32,808 nucleotides of DNA from Polyangiaceae bacterium (GCA_035063585.1 JAPSGB010000050.1:1-32808); one strand, 5' to 3'; shown: positions 24,795 through 32,808, counted from the stretch's first letter. Notes: generated from the sequence alone by a model not told the origin. Made by a program: numbers and translations.

Positions 24795-27692
24795 TCACCA
24801 CTCGACGCGGGCGACGAAGAACTTGTTGTTCTGTCGCTTGTCGGTGAGCACCTTGAAGTTCGCCGGGTTGCCGAGCTCGCTCTTCAGCCCGTTGATGCGT
24901 CCGTGTTCGGTGGTGAAGTACATCACCTTGGCGCCCTTCTCCCGCTCCTTCTTTACCCAGTCCTTGAAGCGCTGGCCCGAGGAGACGAACGCTGGCACCT
25001 GGTTTCCCATGTAGAAGTTCTCGCCCTTCCAGTTCATCTGGTAGGCGACGAGCGGCTGCTCCGGCCCCTGGCGATCGCGGTAATATGCGAGCATCGTGCT
25101 CCGCTGGCCCCAGTGCTCGCCCGCCTGGAAGAGGTAGACGTCGAGACCCCACGCGCCCCAGAGCACGCCGAGCACGAGCAGCCCGACCGCGGCGTGAGTG
25201 CGGAGTCGCCGTGCCACGAGCAGCGCCGCGCCGAGCGTGGCGGCGAGGGTGAAGGCGAGCAGCGCGGACTTGAAATCGAGCGAGGCGGGCCACTCGCGCC
25301 GATAGTTGTAAGTGAAGAGGTGCATCAGGCGAGCTTGCCCCTCGATGTCACCGCGGGTGGTCATGAAGAGATCGCGCCCCGCGAGGGCGACCGGCACCGC
25401 CGACGCGAGCCCGATGATCGCGAGCATCACCGAGGTGTCGTGGGATGACTCGGCGTCGCGGCCGGCGTCGGGGAGCGCCTGCGCGTCCCGTCCGCGATAC
25501 GCCCACGCGGCCGCCAGCATCGCCGCGAGGCCGAGCGCGGCGAGCGCGAGCCCCGCGCGGAAATTTCCGGGCGGCGCCTGATTCTCCGCGTTCGTGACGC
25601 CGAGCAGCGAGCCGGGCACGAGCCGGCTCGCGCCGTAGAGGAGCACCAGGGCGCCGATCCCGAGCCCACCGAGGTAGGCCGCGAGCCGCTTGCCGCGCGG
25701 GAGCTCGGCGGGCCGAATGCAGCGATCGAGCACTACGCCCGCGAACATCGCGATGGGGGGGACCAGCGGGAAGATGTAGTGGTGGAACTTCGTCAGCGTG
25801 ACCGTGAACATCCCGAACGTGGCTACGAACCAGAGCAGGAGGAGCGCGGTTGCGTCGCCGCGCTGGGATTTCTCACGGATCCTCGAGGCCCACAGCAGGC
25901 CCGCCGCGCCGAGCCCCGTCCACGGAAAGAGCCCGTAGCCAAGCTGCCAGACGTAGTACCGGAAGCTCGTGTCGTCGCCCGTGTTGGTGTCGTGGACGTG
26001 CACGAACGCGCGCTTGTACATGTCGTGCGTGAGCAGGCGGTCGGTGAAGGGGCCGCCGTGACGCATGTACATCTGCACGTACCAGGGGAGCACCACCGCC
26101 GCGAAGACCAGCACCAGCCCCGCGAGCTCCATGCGAGACAAATCCAGCCATCGCTTGCGCGCGCCGACGTAGGCGAGCGCGATGAAGATGGGCAGGACCA
26201 GCCCCGGCGCGCCCTTGCCGAGCGCGGCGAGCGCGGTGAAATACCACCCGGCGAGGAAGTAGAGCCGCTGCACGCGTCGCTCCCCGCGGTTCGCCCATAG
26301 CAGGACGCCGGCCGCGACGGACCAACACAAGGCGCCGAGCCACGGCTCGAAGCCCTTGTTCACCGGCAGGAAGCGCCGGCACTCCTGGTTGCCGGGCAGC
26401 CCGCAGTTGCCGCCACCCGAGCCGGCGAAGAACTCGTCGATGTGCGGGCGGAAGCCGAACGGCGCGTGCGAGAGCTGGAGCGTCAGGTTGCGGCTCGCGA
26501 GGTAGAGCACCTGCGGCAGCACGGTGAGGATGACGAAGGCGAAGAGCAGGTGGAACGCCGAGAGGCGGAGCGTGCGCTTGCCGAGGCGAAGCTCGACGCG
26601 CTTCACCTCGCGCTCCGGATCGGCGTGGAAGCCGAGGAGGAGGAGCCCGAGCGCCGCCGTGAGCGGGCCGACGTAGGGCATGTCGGTCATCGTCTGGTGA
26701 CCGATGAGGTAGAAGTACGGCATGGTGACGAGCACCACTGCGCCGATGAAGCCCGCGCGGCGGCCGAAGCTCCCCGCGACGGCCTTGTAAATCGCGTACA
26801 CGCCGATGAGCGTGATGATGAAGATGGGCATCCGCGCGGCCCACTCGGGCTGCGGGAAGAGTCCCTGCTTGGCGCCAGCGAGCATCTGGCCCGGCATGAA
26901 GTGGACGCCGAGCAGCTTGAAGCTGAGCGCCTGGATCCAGAAATCGAACACGGGCTTCGACCAGAACCAGCCGTCCTGCGCCCACCAGGTGCTGATCCAG
27001 TCGTCTCGCGCGAGCATCTCGCGCGAGACCTCGCCGTAGTGCGTCTCCCACGGGTCGGAGAGCGAGAAGCTGCCGAGCAGCGGCAGGTAGAGGAGCGTGA
27101 GGATGACGAGCAGCCAGAACCCGTGACGGCGGAGGAGCGGGCGCTCCTCGCCGGACTCGTCCGCGCGCCACGCGCCGAGCGCCTGGCCCACGCGGAAGGT
27201 CGCGACGATGACCCAGAGGAACGAGCCGGTGATGAGCAGCGCCGCGGTCGGGATCGGCTTCGGCAGCACCCCGGCGACCGCGAGGCGGAGCGTGACCACG
27301 TGCACGATGACCGCGGCGAGGAGCTCGACCAGACGCGGCCAGAGCTTGCCGAGGCTCGTGCGCTCGACGACGTTCGCGTCCGGATCGTCGAAGGTGGCGA
27401 GGAGCTCGAAGAGGCCGGCCGCGGCGATCAGGCAGCCGAGGAGCCCTACCGGTACGCTGAAGCCGTACTGGCGGTCGGACGCCATGATGAGAAACGGCAC
27501 GAGCGCGCCCACCAGCGTGAGCGCGAGCCCGCGCACCCAGTGCCCGCGCCCCCGCGGGTTGCCGGCGCGGGTGAGCGGCGGCGCGTCGGCGGTCTTGATG
27601 GCTTCCGGCGCGGGCTCGGAGTCCGGCGCGGGCTCCGGCTCCGCGCCCGCGGTGTCCGTCGTGGCCGGGCTCTCGTCGTCGTCGCGGGGCAT
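24795..27692 (-). CDS. ArnT/PMT-like (GT-C) polytopic glycosyltransferase
   Basis: DPWETHYGEVSREML, SKPVFDFW, EWAARMP, TDMPY, LGKG, LPWY, GLFPW and TKFHHYIFP motifs, with many TM helices. Start is 27692 or 27728. Confidence 0.85.
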   Translation of the reverse strand: MPRDDDESPATTDTAGAEPEPAPDSEPAPEAIKTADAPPLTRAGNPRGRGHWVRGLALTLVGALVPFLIMASDRQYGFSVPVGLLGCLIAAAGLFELLATFDDPDANVVERTSLGKLWPRLVELLAAVIVHVVTLRLAVAGVLPKPIPTAALLITGSFLWVIVATFRVGQALGAWRADESGEERPLLRRHGFWLLVILTLLYLPLLGSFSLSDPWETHYGEVSREMLARDDWISTWWAQDGWFWSKPVFDFWIQALSFKLLGVHFMPGQMLAGAKQGLFPQPEWAARMPIFIITLIGVYAIYKAVAGSFGRRAGFIGAVVLVTMPYFYLIGHQTMTDMPYVGPLTAALGLLLLGFHADPEREVKRVELRLGKRTLRLSAFHLLFAFVILTVLPQVLYLASRNLTLQLSHAPFGFRPHIDEFFAGSGGGNCGLPGNQECRRFLPVNKGFEPWLGALCWSVAAGVLLWANRGERRVQRLYFLAGWYFTALAALGKGAPGLVLPIFIALAYVGARKRWLDLSRMELAGLVLVFAAVVLPWYVQMYMRHGGPFTDRLLTHDMYKRAFVHVHDTNTGDDTSFRYYVWQLGYGLFPWTGLGAAGLLWASRIREKSQRGDATALLLLWFVATFGMFTVTLTKFHHYIFPLVPPIAMFAGVVLDRCIRPAELPRGKRLAAYLGGLGIGALVLLYGASRLVPGSLLGVTNAENQAPPGNFRAGLALAALGLAAMLAAAWAYRGRDAQALPDAGRDAESSHDTSVMLAIIGLASAVPVALAGRDLFMTTRGDIEGQARLMHLFTYNYRREWPASLDFKSALLAFTLAATLGAALLVARRLRTHAAVGLLVLGVLWGAWGLDVYLFQAGEHWGQRSTMLAYYRDRQGPEQPLVAYQMNWKGENFYMGNQVPAFVSSGQRFKDWVKKEREKGAKVMYFTTEHGRINGLKSELGNPANFKVLTDKRQNNKFFVARVEW

Positions 27693-27808
27693 GGGACCGA
27701 TGGGAAAAGCTATGCCGCGCCGCAGCATGCTGCCGCGAACGGGGCCCGATTCGTAGCAGACTTGCCGCGCGCTTGCCCAGCCGCCGTGAGCGGCGCGGCG
27801 CGCTCACC

Positions 27809-28546
27809 TCACGCGCAGCCGCAGCCGCACCCGCCGCCCATCGCGGCGGCGCGCGGATCCCCGCAGCCACCCGCGCCGCAGCCGCAGCCGCCCATGTCGC
27901 CGCACCCTCCGGCGCCGCAGCCGCAGCCGCCCCCGCCGCACCCTCCGGCGCCGCAGCCGCAGCCGCAGCCGCCCATGTCGCCGCACCCTCCGGCGCCGCA
28001 GCCGCAGCCGCCCCCGCCCCCGCCACAACCGCCACCGGCGCCGCAACCGCAGCCGCCCCCGCCGCCGCAGCAACCGCCCTGTCGCGCGAGCCCGTTCATG
28101 AGCTCGTCTTCGGTGGCCTCGCGGATCTCCTTGATGCTCACGTCGAAATGGAGCGTCTTGCCGGCGAGCGGGTGGTTGAAGTCGATGACCACGGTCTGAC
28201 CGCGGACCTCCACGATGGTGATCGGGAAGACCTCGCCGGTGTCGCTCTGCGCGAGCACCTGCTCTCCCGGGATGAGCTCCGCGCGGGGCGGGAAGTTCTC
28301 GCGCGCCACCTCGCGCACGCCCTCGGGATCGCGCTCGCCATACGCCTCTTCGGGCGGGACGATGATGGTGCCGGTGTGCCCGACCGCGATGCCCTCGAGC
28401 CGCTTCTCGAGCCCGGGCACGATCTCGCCGCGGCCGTGGAGGTACAAGGTGGGGAAATCGCCCGACGTCTGGTCGATGATCTTCCCGTCTCCCGTGTGGA
28501 GCTTGTACTCGAGCGAGACGACGCGATTGACTGCGATCTGGTTCAT
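27809..28546 (-). CDS. slyD: FKBP-type peptidyl-prolyl isomerase SlyD with a long Gly/Cys tail
   Basis: VVSLEYKL, YLHGRGEIVPGLE, PEEAYGE and DFNHPLAGKTLHFDV...REAT. Start MNQIAVNR. Confidence 0.93.
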   Translation of the reverse strand: MNQIAVNRVVSLEYKLHTGDGKIIDQTSGDFPTLYLHGRGEIVPGLEKRLEGIAVGHTGTIIVPPEEAYGERDPEGVREVARENFPPRAELIPGEQVLAQSDTGEVFPITIVEVRGQTVVIDFNHPLAGKTLHFDVSIKEIREATEDELMNGLARQGGCCGGGGGCGCGAGGGCGGGGGGCGCGAGGCGDMGGCGCGCGAGGCGGGGCGCGAGGCGDMGGCGCGAGGCGDPRAAAMGGGCGCGCA

Positions 28547-28839
28547 GCGGCTGGTTCCCGGGTGGCTGGCGGATGGCGAGCCGCGGCCGGCGGCTCCGGG
28601 CAGGAAACCTACGCGCCAAGTTTGCGCGGGTCGAGGCCCGCGGGCGCATTTGGGACTGGCCCTATGATTTAGATCGTCTCGCGCTCTCCCCTCGGGCGGA
28701 GGAGCTCGACGAGGCCCCAGCCGTCCTCGAGGGTCTGTCGGTGCGGCGCGAGCCCCGCCGCGGCGAGCGCGCGCTCCTCGCACCGCACTTCGTTTCCAGG
28801 CCGTCGCCGGGCTCACCTTCGCGTTGCTTCAGCCGCCCC

Positions 28840-28977
28840 GAACCATCCGCCATCACCACCATCCTCTCCGACATGGACGTCGAGCTCGCCGTCCTCTAAG
28901 CCCGCTCCGACAAGACCGGCGCGCTCGAGCAGGGGATGATGCAGGAGCTGCTCACCGGAAGGACGCGGCTGACCTAG
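28840..28977 (+). pseudogene. hsdS: Remnant 3' end of a type I restriction-modification specificity subunit
   Basis: Reads EPSAITTILSDMDVELAVL*ARSDKTGALEQGMMQELLTGRTRLT*, matching the conserved HsdS C-terminal helix (EQxAIAxILSDMDAEI...KQGMMQELLTGRxRL). In-frame TAA at 28897-28899, no recognisable N-terminus. Confidence 0.85.
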
Positions 28978-29132
28978 AGCGACGTGGCGACGAGCGCGAG
29001 CAGGTGAACGGACGCTCGCACAATAGGCAAGTGGACGCTCGCGCCGGGAGAGCGGGGCTGGTCGGGGTCCGGTCAGCGGGAGGTCCGGTCAGGCACTTCC
29101 GGACTCAAGTGCCATGTTACGCAGCGTTTTCC

Positions 29133-29164
29133 TTGAAAAACTAAAACAAAAAGTTAGAATTTCA
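29133..29164 (+). promoter_or_regulatory. Sigma70-type promoter with an overlapping inverted repeat
   Basis: TTGAAA (29133-38), 16 nt spacer, TAGAAT (29155-60). The inverted repeat TGAAAAACTAA-N9-TTAGAATTTCA matches at 9/11. Confidence 0.7.
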
Positions 29165-29168
29165 CCAA

Positions 29169-30335
29169 GTGTCCACTCCCCGCCCCGCCTACCTCCAGGC
29201 GATCCGCGCGCGTCTGCGCGACAACCCCATCGTGTCACTGCTCGGGCCGCGCCAGGCGGGGAAGACGACCCTTGCCCGGATGTTCGCGGGCGAAGCCGAC
29301 GGGCCGGTGCACGTCCTCGATCTCGAATCCCCGGCCGACCTGGCCCGGCTCGCCAATCCGGAACTGGTGCTGCGGCCGCTCACCGGCCTCGTGATTCTGG
29401 ACGAGGTGCAGCGCCGGTCCGATCTCTTCCCGCTGCTGCGGGTGCTCGCGGATCGTCCGGGCAATCCGGCGCGCTTCCTGATCCTCGGCAGCGCCTCGCC
29501 CGCGCTGATCAAGGAGGGCAGCGAAAGCCTCGCGGGCCGGGTGGCGTTCATCGATGTCACGGGGTTTTCGCTGGCGGAGCTGGGCGCCGACGCGCTGTCT
29601 CGCCTGTGGTGGCGCGGCGGGTTTCCGCGCGCGCTGCTCGCAGCCGATGACACGGCCACGCGCCAGTGGCTCGAGGATTTTCGTCGCACCTTCCTCGAAC
29701 GCGACATCCCCCAGCTCGGCATCCACGTGCCCGCGGCGACGCTGGGCCGCTTCTGGACCATGGTGGCGCACTACCACGGGCAGGTCATCAACCTGGCGGA
29801 ACTGGCGCGCGCGCTGGGCTCGTCCGAGCCGACGGCGCGGCGCTATCTGGACATCCTGAGTGGCACCTACGTGGTGCGCCAGCTGCCACCCTGGTTCGAG
29901 AACCTCAAGAAGCGCCAGGTCCGCTCGCCCAAGGTGTACGTGCGCGACTCGGGGCTGCTGCATGCGCTGCTCGGCATTCCGGGCTCGCCGGCCCTCGAGT
30001 CTCACCCGAAGCTGGGGGCGTCGTGGGAAGGCTTCTGCCTGGAGCAGATCCTGAGCGTGAGCGGCGAGCGCGACGCCTATTTCTGGGGCACGCACGGCGG
30101 CGCCGAGCTCGATCTGCTGCTGCTGCACGCGGGGCGCCGGCTTGGTGTCGAGTTCAAGTTCTCGGATCAACCGGCCACCACCCGGTCGATGCGCGTCGCC
30201 CAGCAGGATCTCCGGCTCGATCATCTCTACGTCGTTCATCCGGGCGACCACGAATTCGCGCTGGATGATTCGATCACCGCCCTCCCGCTGCCGGGGATCC
30301 TGCGGATCCTTGGCAAGGAACCCGGCCATGCCTGA
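29169..30335 (+). CDS. AAA_14 ATPase with DUF4143 and a C-terminal PD-(D/E)xK-like domain
   Basis: GPRQAGKT, ILDEVQ, LILGSAS, SESLAGR, RGGFP, SPKVYVRDSGLL, GASWEG and ELDLL...VEFK. Confidence 0.9.
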   Translation: MSTPRPAYLQAIRARLRDNPIVSLLGPRQAGKTTLARMFAGEADGPVHVLDLESPADLARLANPELVLRPLTGLVILDEVQRRSDLFPLLRVLADRPGNPARFLILGSASPALIKEGSESLAGRVAFIDVTGFSLAELGADALSRLWWRGGFPRALLAADDTATRQWLEDFRRTFLERDIPQLGIHVPAATLGRFWTMVAHYHGQVINLAELARALGSSEPTARRYLDILSGTYVVRQLPPWFENLKKRQVRSPKVYVRDSGLLHALLGIPGSPALESHPKLGASWEGFCLEQILSVSGERDAYFWGTHGGAELDLLLLHAGRRLGVEFKFSDQPATTRSMRVAQQDLRLDHLYVVHPGDHEFALDDSITALPLPGILRILGKEPGHA

Positions 30336-30458
30336 ACCGGGATTTCGCGTGCGCGATCGGCCGACCACCGCGGCGCGTCGCCGGACGCTCGCTGCGGCGT
30401 GCACTCCGAATGGGTGCGGCTCTTCTCCGGCGCACACACCCACGGCGATGCGGAATGG

Positions 30459-31730
30459 TCACGCCTTCATGAAGCGAAGCAGCTGACCCCTCGAGACTCC
30501 GAGCTGCCTCGCGGCCCTGCTCTGGTTCCCGTTGCAGGCCGCGAGCGCGGCTTCGACCCGCTCCCGAGTCAGCACGCCGGTGCGCTGCGACGCTGCGACT
30601 CCCAGAACTTGGCTGACCGCCGCGAGGCGTAGGGCTGGGGGCGGGTCGATGGCCGCCATTCGGTCCAGCGCCGAGTAGAGCTCCCGCACGTTTGCGCGCC
30701 ACGGGTGGAGCATCAGCCGCTCGATGGCTTCGACCTCCACGCGGTCCGAGTCGTACGGCTCGCCTGCGTTCGCCGCCCGAGCCGCAGCAATCGCGAATAC
30801 ATCTTCCGCTCGTTCCCGGAGCGGCGACAACTCGACGACCGCAGCGAACCGAGCTCGTAAATCACGGCGGAAGTGCCCGGCTTCCACCATCTCGTCGAGG
30901 TCGCGATTGGTTGCGGCGACGATGAGGCCATCGACCTGTGTTGGGCGATTGGCGCCGACCGGAAGCAACTCCCCGCTCTCGAGCAGGCGGAGCAGTTTTG
31001 GCTGAAGCTCGAGCGGGAGCTCGCCGATCTCGTCGAGGAACACCGTGCCACCATCGTGCGACGCGAAGATGCCTCTCGAGTCCTTGCCCGCTCCCGAGAA
31101 AGCGCCTGCCACGTGACCGAAGAGCTGGGACTCGAACACCCCGGCGGCGATGCCGGCTACGTTGAATCGCCCATACGGCTTGCCCGGACGAAGCATCTGA
31201 GCGAGCGCGCCGGCCACGAGCTCCTTTCCCGTTCCGGTTTCGCCTTCGATGAGAACGCACCGCGGTGGCCGGAGGCGGACAGCGGTCATGGACTCCGCCA
31301 CGCGCCTCAATCCGAACGGACCAACGAGCCCGCCGATTGGTGGTGACGGCTCGCGCGGTCCCCGGAGCTCGTCCCGGTACACGAGGACCCTTCGGCCGAT
31401 CCTGATCACCGCACCGTCAGAGAGCTTGGCTCTGTCGCCCGGGTTGAGCCGCTCGCCGTCTACCCAGGTCCCGTTTCTCGACCCAGCGTCCGCCAGGAAC
31501 AGCGATCCGGCCGCACGGGTGAAGATCAGATGCGCGCCCGAGACGCGCGAATCCTCGACGCCATGTTGGGCCAACCAGTCGCGTCCAACGGCTTCGCCCG
31601 TTGGGGGCACGGGAAGCGCGGCCGGCTGCGGGAAGGCGAGGATCAGCGCGGGCTCGGCGATCTCGGTGACGAAGGGCTCGGGCGCGCGGTGCTCCTCCGT
31701 GCCCGGCGCTGTCCTGGTCCGGTGACCCAT
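30459..31730 (-). CDS. Sigma54-dependent enhancer-binding protein with an N-terminal FHA domain and a Fis HTH
   Basis: FHA (VGR, SRVSGAH, GSRNGT), GETGTGKE, GAFSGA, VFLDEIGEL, AATNRDL, WRANVREL and NQSRAARQLG. Confidence 0.93.
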   Translation of the reverse strand: MGHRTRTAPGTEEHRAPEPFVTEIAEPALILAFPQPAALPVPPTGEAVGRDWLAQHGVEDSRVSGAHLIFTRAAGSLFLADAGSRNGTWVDGERLNPGDRAKLSDGAVIRIGRRVLVYRDELRGPREPSPPIGGLVGPFGLRRVAESMTAVRLRPPRCVLIEGETGTGKELVAGALAQMLRPGKPYGRFNVAGIAAGVFESQLFGHVAGAFSGAGKDSRGIFASHDGGTVFLDEIGELPLELQPKLLRLLESGELLPVGANRPTQVDGLIVAATNRDLDEMVEAGHFRRDLRARFAAVVELSPLRERAEDVFAIAAARAANAGEPYDSDRVEVEAIERLMLHPWRANVRELYSALDRMAAIDPPPALRLAAVSQVLGVAASQRTGVLTRERVEAALAACNGNQSRAARQLGVSRGQLLRFMKA

Positions 31731-31883
31731 CGAGCCAGTCTAGGAACCTCGCGGTCGTTCATGCAACGCGCTGGAATTCGGGGCGGCGCCGCTTGCCTGA
31801 TCGCGATCAACGGCCCGGGCGGTCGGGTTGATCGAAGCGAGCGGCGGACGCGAAAAATCCCGTGAAATTCGCAGTTCTGGCTC

Positions 31884-31899
31884 CGGCACACGGCTTGCG
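31884..31899 (+). promoter_or_regulatory. Sigma54 (-24/-12) promoter
   Basis: CGGCAC-ACGGC-TTGC matches YGGCAC-N5-TTGC with exact GG-N10-GC spacing. It is followed by GGAGG and the ATG at 31925. Confidence 0.7.
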
Positions 31900-31924
31900 A
31901 AGCGGAGGAGCGGAGGCGGCAAAC

Positions 31925-32710
31925 ATGACTGGCTCATCCCTTCACCCGCTCGGCTTCTTCGGTCTCGCTCACCTGCTGGTGGGGTGCGCCGGATCCCTCA
32001 GCTTCACGATGCGGACGCCCGCCAACGCGCAGGACGCGCAGGCATGTGTGCCCACGCATGGCTCCTTCGACGTGAGCACCATCGACTGGGAGCCCGGAGC
32101 CCGCCAGCGGTTCGAGGACCAGGCAAGGACTGGCGCGGTCGTCGTGCGTGCTGCGGAGTGCGGCTGGACGGTGTTGCCTGGATGTCGCGTTGCCGCGAAA
32201 TACGCGTACCGCGCCTTGCCCGTGAGCCGTGTCCGCAAGGACGACGGCAAGCAACTCGGTGTCGAGCTCGGTGGGGCGTCGTCGACCGGCTCGAGCGGCG
32301 GACATCCCACCGGAACGACCAAGGAGGTCGTCGTCGCCGGCGTGTTCGAGCTCGGTGAGCCCGAGAGCGCCGTCGTACTGCAAGGGGCGTGCGCGGGAGC
32401 CACCCATGTCGTCTCCCACTACACGGTGGGTGCGTTCCGGGTCGACTCCGGCCGCGGTAGCTCTGCCTCCGTCCAGCTCCCGTACGTCGGGCGCTTCGGA
32501 AACTCGACCTGGAGCGATCGCGTCGTCGAGGCGGGTCAGGTCGCAGCCTGCGATCGCGGGCAGAGCGACCAGCCGCCCGTGGGATGCAGCGCTTCCGTCG
32601 AGCTCAACGTCGTCCCCTTGGTGAATCGTTTGGATGTGACGCCAGCGGTCCCGGCCACTCCGGAGCCCGCTCCCGTTGCCAGTGAGTGTCAAGGTAGTTG
32701 TCGCACATGA
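31925..32710 (+). CDS. Cys-containing lipoprotein-like protein, probably 3'-truncated by an IS
   Basis: LLVGC lipobox-like motif, a Cys-spaced globular domain, then a Pro-rich linker ending abruptly in sequence that looks like an IS end. Confidence 0.65.
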   Translation: MTGSSLHPLGFFGLAHLLVGCAGSLSFTMRTPANAQDAQACVPTHGSFDVSTIDWEPGARQRFEDQARTGAVVVRAAECGWTVLPGCRVAAKYAYRALPVSRVRKDDGKQLGVELGGASSTGSSGGHPTGTTKEVVVAGVFELGEPESAVVLQGACAGATHVVSHYTVGAFRVDSGRGSSASVQLPYVGRFGNSTWSDRVVEAGQVAACDRGQSDQPPVGCSASVELNVVPLVNRLDVTPAVPATPEPAPVASECQGSCRT

Positions 32711-32808
32711 TGTGTCTACGCCGCGCTCCGGGCGGCGTCCTCCTTCCTGCGCGGGGGGCGCGGCCGGTTGAGCGTAACGGGGCCTACGGGGGCCCAGTCC
32801 CTGGTGGC
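32683..32808 (-). mobile_element. 3' end of an IS3-like insertion sequence (transposase C-terminus 32716..32808 plus terminal repeat)
   Basis: The minus frame reads ATRDWAPVGPVTLNRPRPPRRKEDAARSAA*, resembling the TRNWxPxGxVxLN tail I recall from IS3-annotated transposases. It is followed by GCGACAACTACCTTGACA, a terminus-like sequence. Recognised from memory, exact end uncertain (32683-32687). Confidence 0.65.

Noticed and set aside
27809..28078. Gly/Cys tail as a bona fide RiPP precursor cluster
   Set aside because: It is in frame with SlyD, and the window has no YcaO, dehydrogenase, radical SAM or lanthipeptide enzyme.
29157..29168. 12-nt identity GAATTTCACCAA with the reverse complement of 6303-6314
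   Set aside because: It is only a partial site and already overlaps the ATPase promoter's own inverted repeat, so it is likely coincidence.
32711..32808. GC-rich end of the window as SRP or another ncRNA
   Set aside because: It lacks the SRP core motif and is better explained as a transposase C-terminus.

Overview
Very GC-rich bacterial DNA. Gene content (CxxxY-type CcmE, FHA-sigma54 activator, Pro/Ala-rich and Cys-rich secreted proteins, PP2C) suggests Myxococcota, probably Polyangiales-like (inference). Bases 1 to ~28550 are mostly core genome: a membrane protein-ccmE-hemE-hemY unit, tRNA-Gln(TTG), an ECF sigma/putative anti-sigma pair, a PP2C phosphatase, an HtrA-like pseudo-protease, rpiA, mutM, an Omp85/BamA-family protein, a cNMP-binding protein, a heterodimeric ABC exporter, a GYF_2-GAF protein, DUF423, a cobA-hemD fusion, hemerythrin, an ArnT-like glycosyltransferase and slyD. 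From ~28800 the window looks accessory: a decayed hsdS fragment, an AAA_14/DUF4143 ATPase, an FHA-sigma54 activator facing a sigma54 promoter and a lipoprotein gene, and the end of an IS3-like element that appears to truncate that gene. The most notable observations are (1) a SlyD whose His-rich tail is replaced by an 89-aa, His-free Gly/Cys tail with 21 Cys; (2) a REP-like hairpin repeat family, with three copies 5-8 nt after stop codons; (3) repeated TAnnnT hexamers 6-9 nt before start codons, suggesting leaderless mRNAs; (4) several domains that look catalytically degenerate. I found no complete new multi-gene system with certainty. All product calls rest on recognised motifs, not database searches.
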